From Callorhinchus milii (lineage: Eukaryota): a DNA stretch of 64,000 bases. The position numbers and the translations under genes were made by a program. Under the pieces are notes generated by a model. It was given only the letters and a program-made list of their open reading frames with translations. It did no database searches and had not been told where the DNA came from. Numbering within the stretch: the first letter of the stretch is position 1; every line of letters begins with the position of its first letter. The stretch is from contig NW_024704743.1 in assembly GCF_018977255.1 (NCBI RefSeq), positions 63,304,001 through 63,368,000 of the forward strand, given 5' to 3'. Positions 39,235 to 49,347 of the stretch are shown here, in pieces.

Positions 39235-40619
39235 AATATGATAAAGCTTCATGATAATTTTGTGCAAAATAATCTTCTACATAAGATCTATCAAATATTT
39301 GGAAAGAGATGGGCCCTCTCATAATTAAACACTCAACATTTATTAAAATTCAACCTATTTGCCTCTCTGAATAATTAGGTGGACATTGAAGCACATAGAA
39401 ACATCTTGACACACCAGTAAATGCAAGATACAGAAAGACTTTAGGCATTTGATACTACATCTTTGGTACCTAAAATTAAAATGTAATCCAGTTGCAATTG
39501 AAATATTCCAAAGAAGTTTTAGATTTAGTTTTGAAGATAACTTATTTATGTTTGAAAATGTCAAGAATCACTTGTTATGGTCTACAGAATACAAAGAATA
39601 CATACGGTCTCCATTCCATACATCTCTCATTCCTTTCCCTCATGCAACATGAGATTTTCGGAAAAGGGCCGTCAAAATCACTAAATTTAAAATTACTACC
39701 CAGCAGCCCTGCACAGAATTACCTGACAAATTTTACTGGGGTATATTTATGGCATCAAAACAAAATGGAGGAAGCTACCAATTTAAAACGTAAAGTATCT
39801 GTAATGTGAAACTGAATCAGCAATATAAAAAGCTTCTAACCTTTTACTGGAAAGCTTTTTTTTTAAAAAAACAAGACTGCTCTAAATGTGCAGTTACTAA
39901 TTTTTCCGACGCAAAAATGGGAGGGGATGTGGAAGAAAGAAACACCTGGCTGGGTAAGAGTAATAAATAACAGGACTTGTGAATTAGTCAGCTTTTAAAC
40001 AAGATGTAATACATATTTATAGTCCAGTTGTAGCAACATTGTCTGACTAAAAGAATTACTGTGTTGAGCACAGAATGCAAAATTGGTTAAAAAAGAACAT
40101 TTGGAGAGGATTTATACGATGTATCCAAAGAGCAACATACATGAACATTTTATTTGAAAACATAAACTTTTTCTTTCCCATTTCTTGGCCTTTCTTGACC
40201 TACACCTCCTTAGTATTACTAGCCTACCCAGACACTAGTAAGCGCACAAGTGCAGCCACAAATAATTTTCAGTTTTTTTCCCCTCCCAGTGGAAAATTAC
40301 CTGGCCCTTGATGGCTGAGATTGGAAATTCTATGTGATGAAACTGCCCATTCGAAACTGAGCAAGCAGCATATAAAAAGCAAAAAAAAGTCAGGATTTTA
40401 AACCTTTGCAAGTTTTAACTAATATTGGAACTATTAATCATCAGGATTTTAATTAACTGTGTTCTAACAATAATTTAGTTGTGGATTAATTTAGAATACT
40501 GTTGCATGCAACAATTGTATCATCTTTGAATATTGCAAGTGAACTTGAATATACATCAAAGCACACTGCAGTTGTTGAAGACAAATGTGATTTCAATGGT
40601 ATGACTGCACGAAAATAAT

Positions 40620-40718
40620 TTTGATATCACGCCTTATCACGTCTAAAGTGAATTGACTGTATATTTTGTGGGCGCAACACAGCAGCCAATTGCGCACAGC
40701 AATGTCCCACAAACAGTC
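40620..40718 (-). mobile_element. SINE 3' fragment with internal deletion
   Basis: aaagtgaattgactgtatattttgtgggcg...cccacaaacagtc. Confidence 0.8.
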
Positions 40719-42004
40719 AGGGATTGAGGGTCCAAATTATGACCTAATAAAGGAATTCTGAAGGAAATATGTTTTAAAGTGAAGTCAAGCCATACCTCAG
40801 ACATCAAACCCTTCATTAAACAGAAAGTGCATGCAGCTACAAAATGGATGGTCACATTTGTTCCACAGTTTTCACAGAAACAGCATGAAGACCACATTTA
40901 ATTTGAAGCAGCAAAATGAAACTTTTTTTAAAAAAATCTTCTGCTCAGGAATCCAACAGCAGAAATAAAACCACAATTCTAAAAAAATGTCCCAACATGG
41001 GTCTAACACTGCTTAGCGTGGAAACAATTAGAATTTCCTCTCCATAGTTCAAAAAAAGCCTTTAAGTATTACCAAACTCCTGATAAAAGTAGGCAAGCTG
41101 ATTGGCAGTGTAAGGCACAGATCTCTGTTTTGCATTCAACTTAAAATCTCAGTAAAGAGCATTCTTCCTGTTGGTAGCTGTGCAGCCTGCTGGTGTCAAA
41201 AGGTACAATTCATGGATAGCCTGTCAGTTATTCTGAACTATAGCCAGGAGGAACAGCTTTGATAAAAAAAAACTAAATACAAGTACATAATCATATCATC
41301 TCCTTCAAGCACAGGCACTTCAATATCTTATTAGCTGTAGAATGCACTGCACAAGGGGATAACTGAATCCTTATAAAGTGTGAGCTTCATAATTTCCAGC
41401 ACTTTTGGTGTACTCTATTTATTCTCCCAACATTTACTTTTCTGGCCTTCCTTTAGGCCTCAATTCCATGTTACCTTTCTTGGCTGAGAAGGTAGGTAAC
41501 CTACCAATGCAACCCACTACTCGAAGTAGTCTGATTTCCCTCCCTACCTTCGAGGTGGGTGGGGGTGGGGGGCAGCAGGCTCCCATTAAGGCACAAACTG
41601 AGACCAAAAGCAGATGTGGTACCAATTGATGGCAAATGCGAAAAACACATAATTGTAGCACGTTTTGTAAAGCAAAACCAGTAGAAAGTCCTTTTTAAAA
41701 AGGGAAAGACTATCAATTCAAAACTAAGAATCTCCTATCAAGTTTATAGGAAACACCGTTTTTCTTGGTCTATTGTAGAATAAATTATGAACACGTAAAT
41801 CTGTAATCTAAGTATTTTTCTAGGAGGTGCGTACCCATTCTCAACATCTGCCTATATAAACATAGCTAATATGCACCGTTTGTCACCATAAAGGTGATGA
41901 TGGTGCAGAAACAATCCTCCAAAAAAATGATCATTCACTTCATAGCTGTTTGCGGTATGTCTTGTGCAAATTAGCTGCCAAATTTACTGAGGAATAAAAA
42001 TAAT

Positions 42005-42176
42005 AAATAATAATACCTTGCATTTGATAGAACGCTTTTCACATTTTCTAGACGTCTCAAAGCACTTCACAGAATATACTGTAAAGTGAATTGACTGTAT
42101 ATTTGTGGGCGAAACGCGGCAGCCAATTGCACACAGCAGTGTCCCACAAACAGTTGTGGGTTGAAGTGACCAATTT
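42005..42176 (-). mobile_element. SINE 3' half
   Basis: Matches the other copies of the family. Confidence 0.88.
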
Positions 42177-42376
42177 AAAGATTGAAAGCTGGTGAGATAA
42201 GTACTTAGTTTTAAATCGTATTTTGTAATGCTGTATTCTTATTTGCTCAGATCCTCTACAAAGCCCTGCAAAGTGCTATATCAAATGTAAGGATTATTAT
42301 TATTACTTTAGCAATCAAATATTGAAACAAGTATAAGATAATTCACAGAGTTATTACTGAAGTTCTCCACCAGTCC

Positions 42377-42471
42377 AGTTCCATAGAGTAGTGGTTAGCA
42401 CGCTCGCCTCGCAAGGTAGAGTACCTAGGTTTGATTCCCAGGCAGGGCAAAACTTTATGCAAATTTCCTTA
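42377..42471 (+). mobile_element. SINE 5' head only (truncated at the MITE)
   Basis: gtggttagcacgctcgcctcgcaagg..ggtttgattcccaggcagggcaaaac..aatttcctta. Confidence 0.7.
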
Positions 42472-42473
42472 CA

Positions 42474-42877
42474 CACTGCAAAACTGGGAAATGCATTCAG
42501 GTACTGTTCTAGATCTGCCACTTTGAAGCTCTAGCAAACACATCTACAACAACAACTTCAATCTACAGCAAATATGCACCGATCATCAAACTCAACTTTA
42601 CAATTATTTCATTTTTATCAAAGCCATCCTATATAATAAACCAGAATACCTGCAGGCAGGTTTCTACAATATAATATTCAACAATACCCTCATATTTAAC
42701 TGGTCCTGCCAACTGTTCATCTAGAGGCAGACACTGATGAATCTACTAAATGCATCCGGAAATAGGATGAGAAAGAACACTAGGGTATGAATGAGTAACT
42801 GCGGCTCTTCACGTAAGAAGAGCCTCAAAGTGGCAGATCTAGAACAGTACCAGAATGCACTTCCCAGTTTTGCAGTG
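42474..42877. mobile_element. MITE / non-autonomous DNA transposon, 404 bp, 59-bp TIRs starting CACTG
   Basis: 42474-42532 versus the reverse complement of 42819-42877 shows 3 mismatches in 59 bp. TACA flanks both sides. Confidence 0.85.
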
Positions 42878-42974
42878 TACATTTTAAAACATCTAAAACT
42901 GGAAATGATACATTTCTATTCAGAGGGTTAGAGATAAGACAACCTCCAGAACACCAGCCTTTAATAGCTTTATC

Positions 42975-43330
42975 TATTATAGGGCATAGGAAAGTTGTTT
43001 CCACTTGTGTGGGAGACCAAAACCAGGGGCCATCAATATAAAATAGTCACAAATAGATCAAATGGTTAGATCAAAGTTAGAAGAAATTTCTTTACACAGA
43101 GAGTAGTGGGAGTATGGAACTTGCTACCACAAGGAGTTGTTGAGGCAAATAGCATAGATATATTTATGGGGAAGTTAGATAGATACATGAGGGAGAAAAG
43201 CAAAGAAGGTTATGCTTGAAGGCTTAGTTGAGGAAGGGCAGGAGGAGGCTCATGTGGAGCATAAACACCAGCATAGACCAGTTGGGCCGAATGGCCTGTT
43301 TCTATGCTGTATATTCTAATGTATTCTATC
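42975..43330 (+). mobile_element. CR1 LINE 3' end (second subfamily)
   Basis: agaaatttctttacacagagagtagtg..tggaacttgctacca and gggccgaatggcctgtttctatgctg tail. Confidence 0.85.
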
Positions 43331-44286
43331 TACTGTAATAAATCTTAGGAACAGTGATTATATGTTGGCAGGATATCTTCCTTAATCAGGAGAGAGCTTA
43401 TTAAAATTAAGAATACTGAATAAATGGTAAAATATGTAATTATACCTTGGTAATGAAATTTTGTGACCTCTGTATTAACAAGAGCATCTTTGTCTTGCAA
43501 GGTAAGACTCTGGTCATCTTAAAGTGGATTATTGATGCATTTTAAAATTTACAGACGCATCTTCACAACATTCCACATTATGTACAATATGTCAAACGTG
43601 CAGTCAATTCGGTAAACAAGGTAAACACATTGATCGGATCAGCAACACAATGTCAAATTGCACATAGTCCAATTGTGCAACTGAACAGAAACGAAAGAAG
43701 CCATGGTATAAACTTCACACCACAAGACTTGATGCATCAATTGCTACACACCGTACTTCCAAGCCAATTATCAGAAGTGGCTATTTTTAACGGGCTTAAA
43801 AATTAAGATAGTGACATATTCATTTCACCAAATTTTCTTAACTAATACCCTCCGCCCCAATACTTCCAAGGAAACAATGTTAAATGGTACATTCTCCATT
43901 AATATTCGGTCAATTACTTAGGAGTACAGCACATTACTGAATGTGTAAAGTGGAAACACAATTTCTGTGAAAGTAGTTTCCATGTGACCAGGAAGTACGT
44001 TCCCAATCTATGAAGTGTGTTGTTGTTCAGCAAAGAGGACCACAAGGAGGAAGATAAGCAAACTGACTGCCGTCCCTCCTTCTGCATCACGTCTGAACGA
44101 CCCCCCAAAAAATATGTAAAAAGCGGCGCTTTGCCTTTGCCTGTGTTGCCACAACGGGAAAGGGATGAATGAAACGCAGCCTCACACGCACAGAGATTAA
44201 AATCGCTCCCACCTTCTTGGGTTTTAGTTTCGGACACCGCTCCGCTCCGTGAATCGTTAAAAGTAAAAACCAGCGCGAAAAAAAAA

Positions 44287-44416
44287 GGGGTGTGTGCGGG
44301 GGGGGGGGGTGTGGGGGGAGGGGGGGGCTGTGGGGGGGAGGGGGGGTGTGTGTGTGGGGGGGGGGGGGGTGTGGGGGAGGGGGGGGGCTGTGGGGGGGGG
44401 GGGGGGGGGTGTGGGG
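44287..44416 (+). repeat. G-rich tract (about two copies of a ~60-bp unit), G-quadruplex-prone
   Basis: Long G runs separated by tgt/a/ctgt. Confidence 0.85.
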
Positions 44417-44808
44417 TAAATCCTGCTATTGGGATGCAAGTGAAGCCACACAGACCTGCACCGGACGAAGGAGAGAGAGCGAACCCACCCGCTCTGCTAA
44501 ACCCACCGCGTTTCAAGCGGCTTCTGCGTTTTGAGGCGGTCCCCCGCCCGCGGCGAGAGACGCGGGACTCCGGTTTTCGCGGTTTACCGGCGGGTCAGAC
44601 GACGAGAGCGGCGGCCGATGCTCGGGCGCAGACAAGACACGCGACCCCGCCCCCCACCCGGTCGGTCGCTGTCACCAGGACCGACCGGGTCCCCCGGTCC
44701 GCAACTCCCTCAAAGGTCTCTCTCGCTCTCTGCTGGTTCAGGCGGGCGATGGGCTGCCGCTGGTCGGTTAACGAGCGGTGGGGAGGGAGGGAGCGATGTG
44801 ACACTTAC

Positions 44809-45360
44809 CGCTCTCACTCTCTCTCTCTCTCTCTCTGGGTGTGGGCAGCACCGAGACTCTCTCTCTCTCTCTCTCCCTCTGCTTCAGTCGCACATCTTCC
44901 CGCGGAGCTCACTCACTGCACACAAACCCAACCAGAGGAGAGTTCATAACAATCCGCTCTCTCTCTCTCTTTCTTTCTCTCTCTCTCTCTCTCTCGCCCC
45001 CTCTTTTAGTCTGTGTACGGCTGGAGGCGGCCGAGCGTGAAGCAGGTTGTCCTCAGAGGCCGCCGGCCGGCCGGGCTGCGGGGAATGTCCGTGCGATAAG
45101 CAGGTCGGAGTCGGGCAGGTAACCGGCTGCACCGCTCCGCTCAGCCCGAAAACAGACGGCGACTCTGGGAGGAGGAGGAGGAGGAAGAAGAGGAGGAAGA
45201 GGAGCGGCTGTACACGACGGCGAGGTGTAGCGAGGAGGGCAGACACACAGCATCCCGGCGCCGGGCTGCCGGCAGCCGTTACTCGGTGCGGCTCACGCTG
45301 TCTGTCTGCCGTTGCTAACCGCCGCCTGTTCTCTCGCTCGCTCTCGCAGCCGCGCGCCGC
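44809..45360 (-). other. GALNT1: Probable non-coding first exon of GALNT1 (5' boundary approximate)
   Basis: Consensus minus-strand donor CG|GTAAGT at 44809/44808 inside a CpG island. Promoter motifs lie just upstream on the minus strand. No other CpG island lies between here and the ATG exon. Confidence 0.7.
44811..44995. repeat. (CT)n microsatellites within the putative GALNT1 exon 1; a (GGA)n tract lies at 45168-45203
   Basis: Direct reading. Confidence 0.85.
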
Positions 45361-45603
45361 TCACCCGGAAGTGAACCGCGGGGTCAGGGTCACGTCAATC
45401 TCCCCGCCTCCTCCCACAGCCCGCGTGGGGTTGGCGCGGGGTGGGGGGGGGGGAGCAGTGCTGCGGGTTTGGGCGGCTTCACGCCCAATTGGGCGGGTTT
45501 GGGCTGCACTGGGTGTGAAAAACCTGCTCTGGATCGGATGTTTAATCTGTAAAGTTAAACCCGTCACACGGCTCCTTCCTCCTTTTGAAGACCTTTTCTT
45601 ACA

Positions 45604-45717
45604 TCGCGTTCGCCCACAAAATACAGTCAATTCACTTTACAGTGTGTTCTGTGAAGCGCTTTGGGACGTCCTCCCGACATGAAAAGCGCTATATCAAATG
45701 CAAGGATTATTATTATT
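45604..45717 (+). mobile_element. SINE 3' fragment (CTCCC-loop variant) between the two promoters
   Basis: Nearly identical to 31412-31522. Confidence 0.9.
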
Positions 45718-46145
45718 AAAAGTACGATCCACAGGAGGCGAGGCATGGTGTTGGGATACTTGTTGTCTTGTGTTTGACTGACTTTGGGCTACAGATGCAT
45801 TGGGATGTCTGGCCGCCCCGCCCCGGGTGGGGGGGACACCGTTTAATTCATTTTTTTTTAAAAAAGGAAAGAGTGAGAATGTAGTGACTCTGTGAAGACG
45901 GTGAAAAGCAACAGGAAAGCCCTGTGGCCGCTGCTGTACTTTCTGTGTGAACCCTCCCTGGCGGGTTCCTGGTGTTTGGGAGCAGAGCAGCTCGTGGCTG
46001 CAGATTCACGGCCACAGAGGACACCGGGAGTTTGGGCGTTTTTGTGCTTTTCAAACTGGACCCCAATAAAACAGTTTTTCCAACAATCGATCGTCAAAAC
46101 ACAAATAGATTAGAACTGCGATAATCAGTTCCAGTTTCACACATT

Positions 46146-47990
46146 CAGTGACAGTGTTGGGGTGACAGTGACAGTGTTGGGGTGACAGTGTGAGTTTTGG
46201 GGTGACAGTGACAGTGTGAGTGTTGGGGTGACAGTGACAGTGACAGTGTTGGGGTGACAGTGTGCGAGTTGGGGTGACAGTGTGAGTGTTGGGGTGACAG
46301 TGTGAGTGTAGGGGTGACAGTGTGAGAGTTGGGGTGACAGTGTGAGTGTTGGGGTGACAGTGACAGTATTGGGGTGACAGTGACAGTGTTGGGGTGACAG
46401 TGACAGTGTTGGGGTGACAGTGACAGTGTTGGGGTGACAGTGACAGTGACAGTGTTGGGGTGACAGTGACAGTGTTGGGGTGACAGTGACAGTGTTGGGG
46501 TGACAGTGACAGTGACAGTGTTGGGGTGACAGTGACAGTGTTGGGGTGACAGTGACAGTGACAGTGTTGGGGTGACAGTGACAGTGTTGGGGTGACAGTG
46601 ACAGTGACAGTGTTGGGGTGACAGTGTGAGTGTTGGGGTGACAGTGACAGTGACAGTGTTGGGGTGACAGTGTGCGAGTTGGGGTGACAGTGTGAGTGTT
46701 GGGGTGACAGTGTGAGTGTAGGGGTGACAGTGTGAGAGTTGGGGTGACAGTGTGCGAGTTGGGGTGACAGTGTGAGTGTTGGGGTGACAGTGTGAGTGTA
46801 GGGGTGACAGTGTGAGAGTTGGGGTGACAGTGTGAGTGTTGGGGTGACAGTGACAGTATTGGGGTGACAGTGACAGTGTTGGGGTGACAGTGACAGTGAC
46901 AGTGTTGGGGTGACAGTGACAGTGTTGGGGTGACAGTGACAGTGACAGTGTTGGGGTGACAGTGACAGTGTTGGGGTGACAGTGACAGTGTTGGGGTGAC
47001 AGTGACAGTGACAGCGTTGGGGTGACAGTGACAGTGTTGGGGTGACAGTGACAGTGTTGGGGTGACAGTGACAGTGTTGGGGTGACAGTGACAGTGTTGG
47101 GGTGACAGTGTTGGGGTGACAGTGACAGTGTTGGGGTGACAGTGACAGTGTTGGGGTGACAGTGACAGTGTTGGGGTGACAGTGACAGTGTTGGGTGACA
47201 GTGACAGTGTTGGGGTGACAGTGACAGTGTTGGGGGGTGACAGTGTTGGGGTGACAGTGACAGTGTTGGGGTGACAGTGACAGTGTTGGGGTGACAGTGT
47301 TGGGGTGACAGTGACAGTGTTGGGGTGACAGTGACAGTGTTGGGGTGACAGTGACAGTGTTGGGGTGACAGGGTTGGGGTGACAGTGACAGTGTTGGGGT
47401 GACAGTGGTGGGTGACAGTGACAGTGTTGGGGTGACAGTGTGGGGTGACAGTGACAGTGTTGGGGTGACAGTGACAGTGTTGGGGTGACAGTGACAGTGT
47501 TGGGGGTGACAGTGTTGGGGTGACAGTGACAGTGTTGGGGTGACAGTGACAGTGTTGGGGTGACAGTGACAGTGTTGGGGTGACAGTGACAGTGTTGGGG
47601 TGACAGTGACAGTGTTGGGGTGACAGTGACAGTGTTGGGGTGACAGTGTTGGGGTGACAGTGACAGTGTTGGGGTGACAGTGTTGGGGTGACAGTGACAG
47701 TATTGGGGTGACAGTGTTGGGGTGACAGTGACAGTGACAGTGTTGGGGTGACAGTGACAGTGTTGGGGTGACAGTGACAGTGTTGGGGTGACAGTGACAG
47801 TGTTGGGGTGACAGTGTTGGGGTGACAGTGACAGTGTTGGGGTGACAGTGTTGGGGTGACAGTGACAGTATTGGGGTGACAGTGTTGGGGTGACAGTGAC
47901 AGTATTGGGGTGACAGTGACAGTGTTGGGGTGACAGTGACAGTGTTGGGGTGACAGTGACAGTGTGAGTGTTGGAGTGACAGTGACAGTG
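46146..47990. repeat. Minisatellite: TGTTGGGG + (TGACAG)1-3 units of 14/20/26 bp, with TGTGAG and TGTGCGAG variants
   Basis: Direct reading, about 1.85 kb. Confidence 0.98.
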
Positions 47991-48115
47991 CACGTGACCG
48001 CGGTGAAGCTGCTCCACCCGCATGCGCGGAGCTGCCGGAAGTTAGCGGCGTGCGGTGCGCATGCGCACGAGTTGCGTTCCCCTGGTTTCATTAGTAACGG
48101 TGAAGATGGCGGCCG
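47991..48115 (+). promoter_or_regulatory. INO80C housekeeping promoter: E-box CACGTGAC 47991, NRF1-type CGCATGCGCG 48019 and GTGCGCATGCGCAC 48055-48068, ETS CCGGAAGT 48035, YY1 AAGATGGCGG over the ATG
   Basis: Consensus motifs clustered in a CpG-rich ~120 bp directly upstream of the start codon. Confidence 0.8.
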
Positions 48116-48261
48116 CTCCCCCACCGCCAGCGCTGCCGCCCCCGCCTCTCCCCCCTCCTCCTCCCCCCTTAGCGGCTTCCACCCCCATCAAAGTGCGAAG
48201 TAAGAAGAGACCGGCCAGTCCCGGCACCAGCAGCGCCGCCAAGAAAAAGAAACTCGGACAG
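48106..48261 (+). CDS. INO80C: INO80 complex subunit C (IES6), coding exon 1
   Basis: aagATGG Kozak context. The 156 nt translate MAAAPPPPALPPPPLPPPPPPLAASTPIKVRSKKRPASPGTSSAAKKKKLGQ, and SKKRPASP..KKKK matches INO80C. Donor CAG|gtaagt, phase 0. Confidence 0.93.
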
Positions 48262-48276
48262 GTAAGTGCCAGCTCG

Positions 48277-48441
48277 TCCCCACCTCCCCTCACCTCCCCC
48301 ATTCCCCCCCTCCCCCCACCTCCCCCCCACCTTCCCCCACCTCCCCCACTCCCCCCTCCTCCCCCCACCCCCCCCTCCCCTCCCCCCCACCTCCTCCCCA
48401 CCCCCCACCTCCCCCCTCTCCCACCTCCCCCCCACCCCCCC
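48277..48441 (+). repeat. C-rich tract at the start of INO80C intron 1
   Basis: C runs separated by a/t. Confidence 0.85.
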
Positions 48442-48580
48442 TCAGTCAGGGTTTAAGGCCACCGAATTTCCTAAATGACAGGTCGTTGTCCAATGGGTTT
48501 AGAATACATTTATATTTTTATACATATACAGTATGTATTTACTGTGTATAAAACCCTTATTTATGGGTTTATGCCCTTTA

Positions 48581-48820
48581 CGTTTTGCCCACAAAATACA
48601 GTCTATTCACTACTATAATAATAATGATCCTTGCGTTTGATATAGCGTCTTATCTTGTCTTCTAGACGTCTCAAAGCGCTTCACAGAATATACTGTACAA
48701 TGAATAGACTGTATTTTGTGGGTGAAACGCTTTGCAATATATTCTGTGAAGTGCTTTGAAATATCTCAACAATGTGAGAAGGCATTATATCAAAATGCAA
48801 GGATTATTATTGTTATTATT
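48581..48820. mobile_element. Plus-strand SINE fragment interrupted by a minus-strand SINE fragment (48615-48729)
   Basis: The plus copy breaks at attcact and resumes at ctttgcaatatattctgtgaag. Confidence 0.8.
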
Positions 48821-49190
48821 ATACAACAACAACATTGCATAGTGGCCCCTTTTTGATAGAAGTTATATTTGTGAGTGATATGGAACTGGGTATTTGAGGC
48901 AGCAAGCAAAACAGAATAGTCCCAGCTGGCTGGAAATACTNAAAAAAAGTTGCTTATAAGTAGTGATGTTGCCACAGAAGTCAATATTTAGATACTTTGA
49001 TTCCAGTATCAAAACAGTTTAAAACATATGCCTGCATCATCCCTGCCCTTCTCCTCTGTCTCTCCCTCATTTATCACCACTCTTGACTCCCAACCCTCTC
49101 GTCTCCCACATAAAATTTACCATTTGCTCCTTTGATTCTTCACTGATCCAGCACTTTAGTGTTAAATTACCCTTTCTTGGCAAAATCTGC

Positions 49191-49347
49191 AAGTTACTGC
49201 AGATGCTGTGAATCTGAAATAAAAACAGAAGTCGCTGGGAACACTCACCAGGTCAGCAGCATCTATGGGGAGAGGAAAGTAAGTGAACGTTTCAGGTCGA
49301 TGACCTTTTATCAGAAATCAGACAAAAGGTCATCACCTGAAACATTA
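49191..49347 (-). mobile_element. Penelope-like element terminal repeat remnant with degenerate hammerhead cores
   Basis: actgcagatgctg..aatctgaaataaaaacagaa..aacgtttcaggtcgatgacc resembles the common chondrichthyan Penelope-type end (from recall). CTGANRA-stem-GAAAC layout is present. Confidence 0.65.

Larger units (their letters stand above)
44440..45560. promoter_or_regulatory. CpG island and GALNT1 promoter: ETS CCGGAAGTG 45365-45373, TGACGTGAC (minus) 45389-45397, GC boxes ~45402 and 45491, CCAAT 45485
   Basis: High GC and CpG density against a CpG-poor background. Motifs read directly from the sequence. Confidence 0.8.

Noticed and set aside
43914..45682. Overlapping Gly/Pro/Arg-rich ORFs of 170-220 aa
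   Set aside because: Expected stop-codon depletion in a CpG island with G runs and microsatellites; no recognisable protein.
46146..47990. CRISPR array, interstitial telomere or V(D)J RSS cluster
   Set aside because: There are no unique spacers and the context is eukaryotic. The unit contains TTGGGG, not TTAGGG. GACAGTG lacks the required CAC and there are no nonamers.
46137..48124. 628-aa and 659-aa His/Cys/Thr-rich ORFs on the minus strand
   Set aside because: They are translations of the minisatellite, which lacks stops on that strand. The same peptides appear in several frames and there is no domain signal.
48262..48456. Polyproline read-through of the 133-aa ORF after LGQ
   Set aside because: It is intronic C-rich sequence after a consensus CAG|gtaagt donor that joins in frame to exon 2.
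48941..48941. Single N base
   Set aside because: Sequencing or assembly ambiguity beside an A run.
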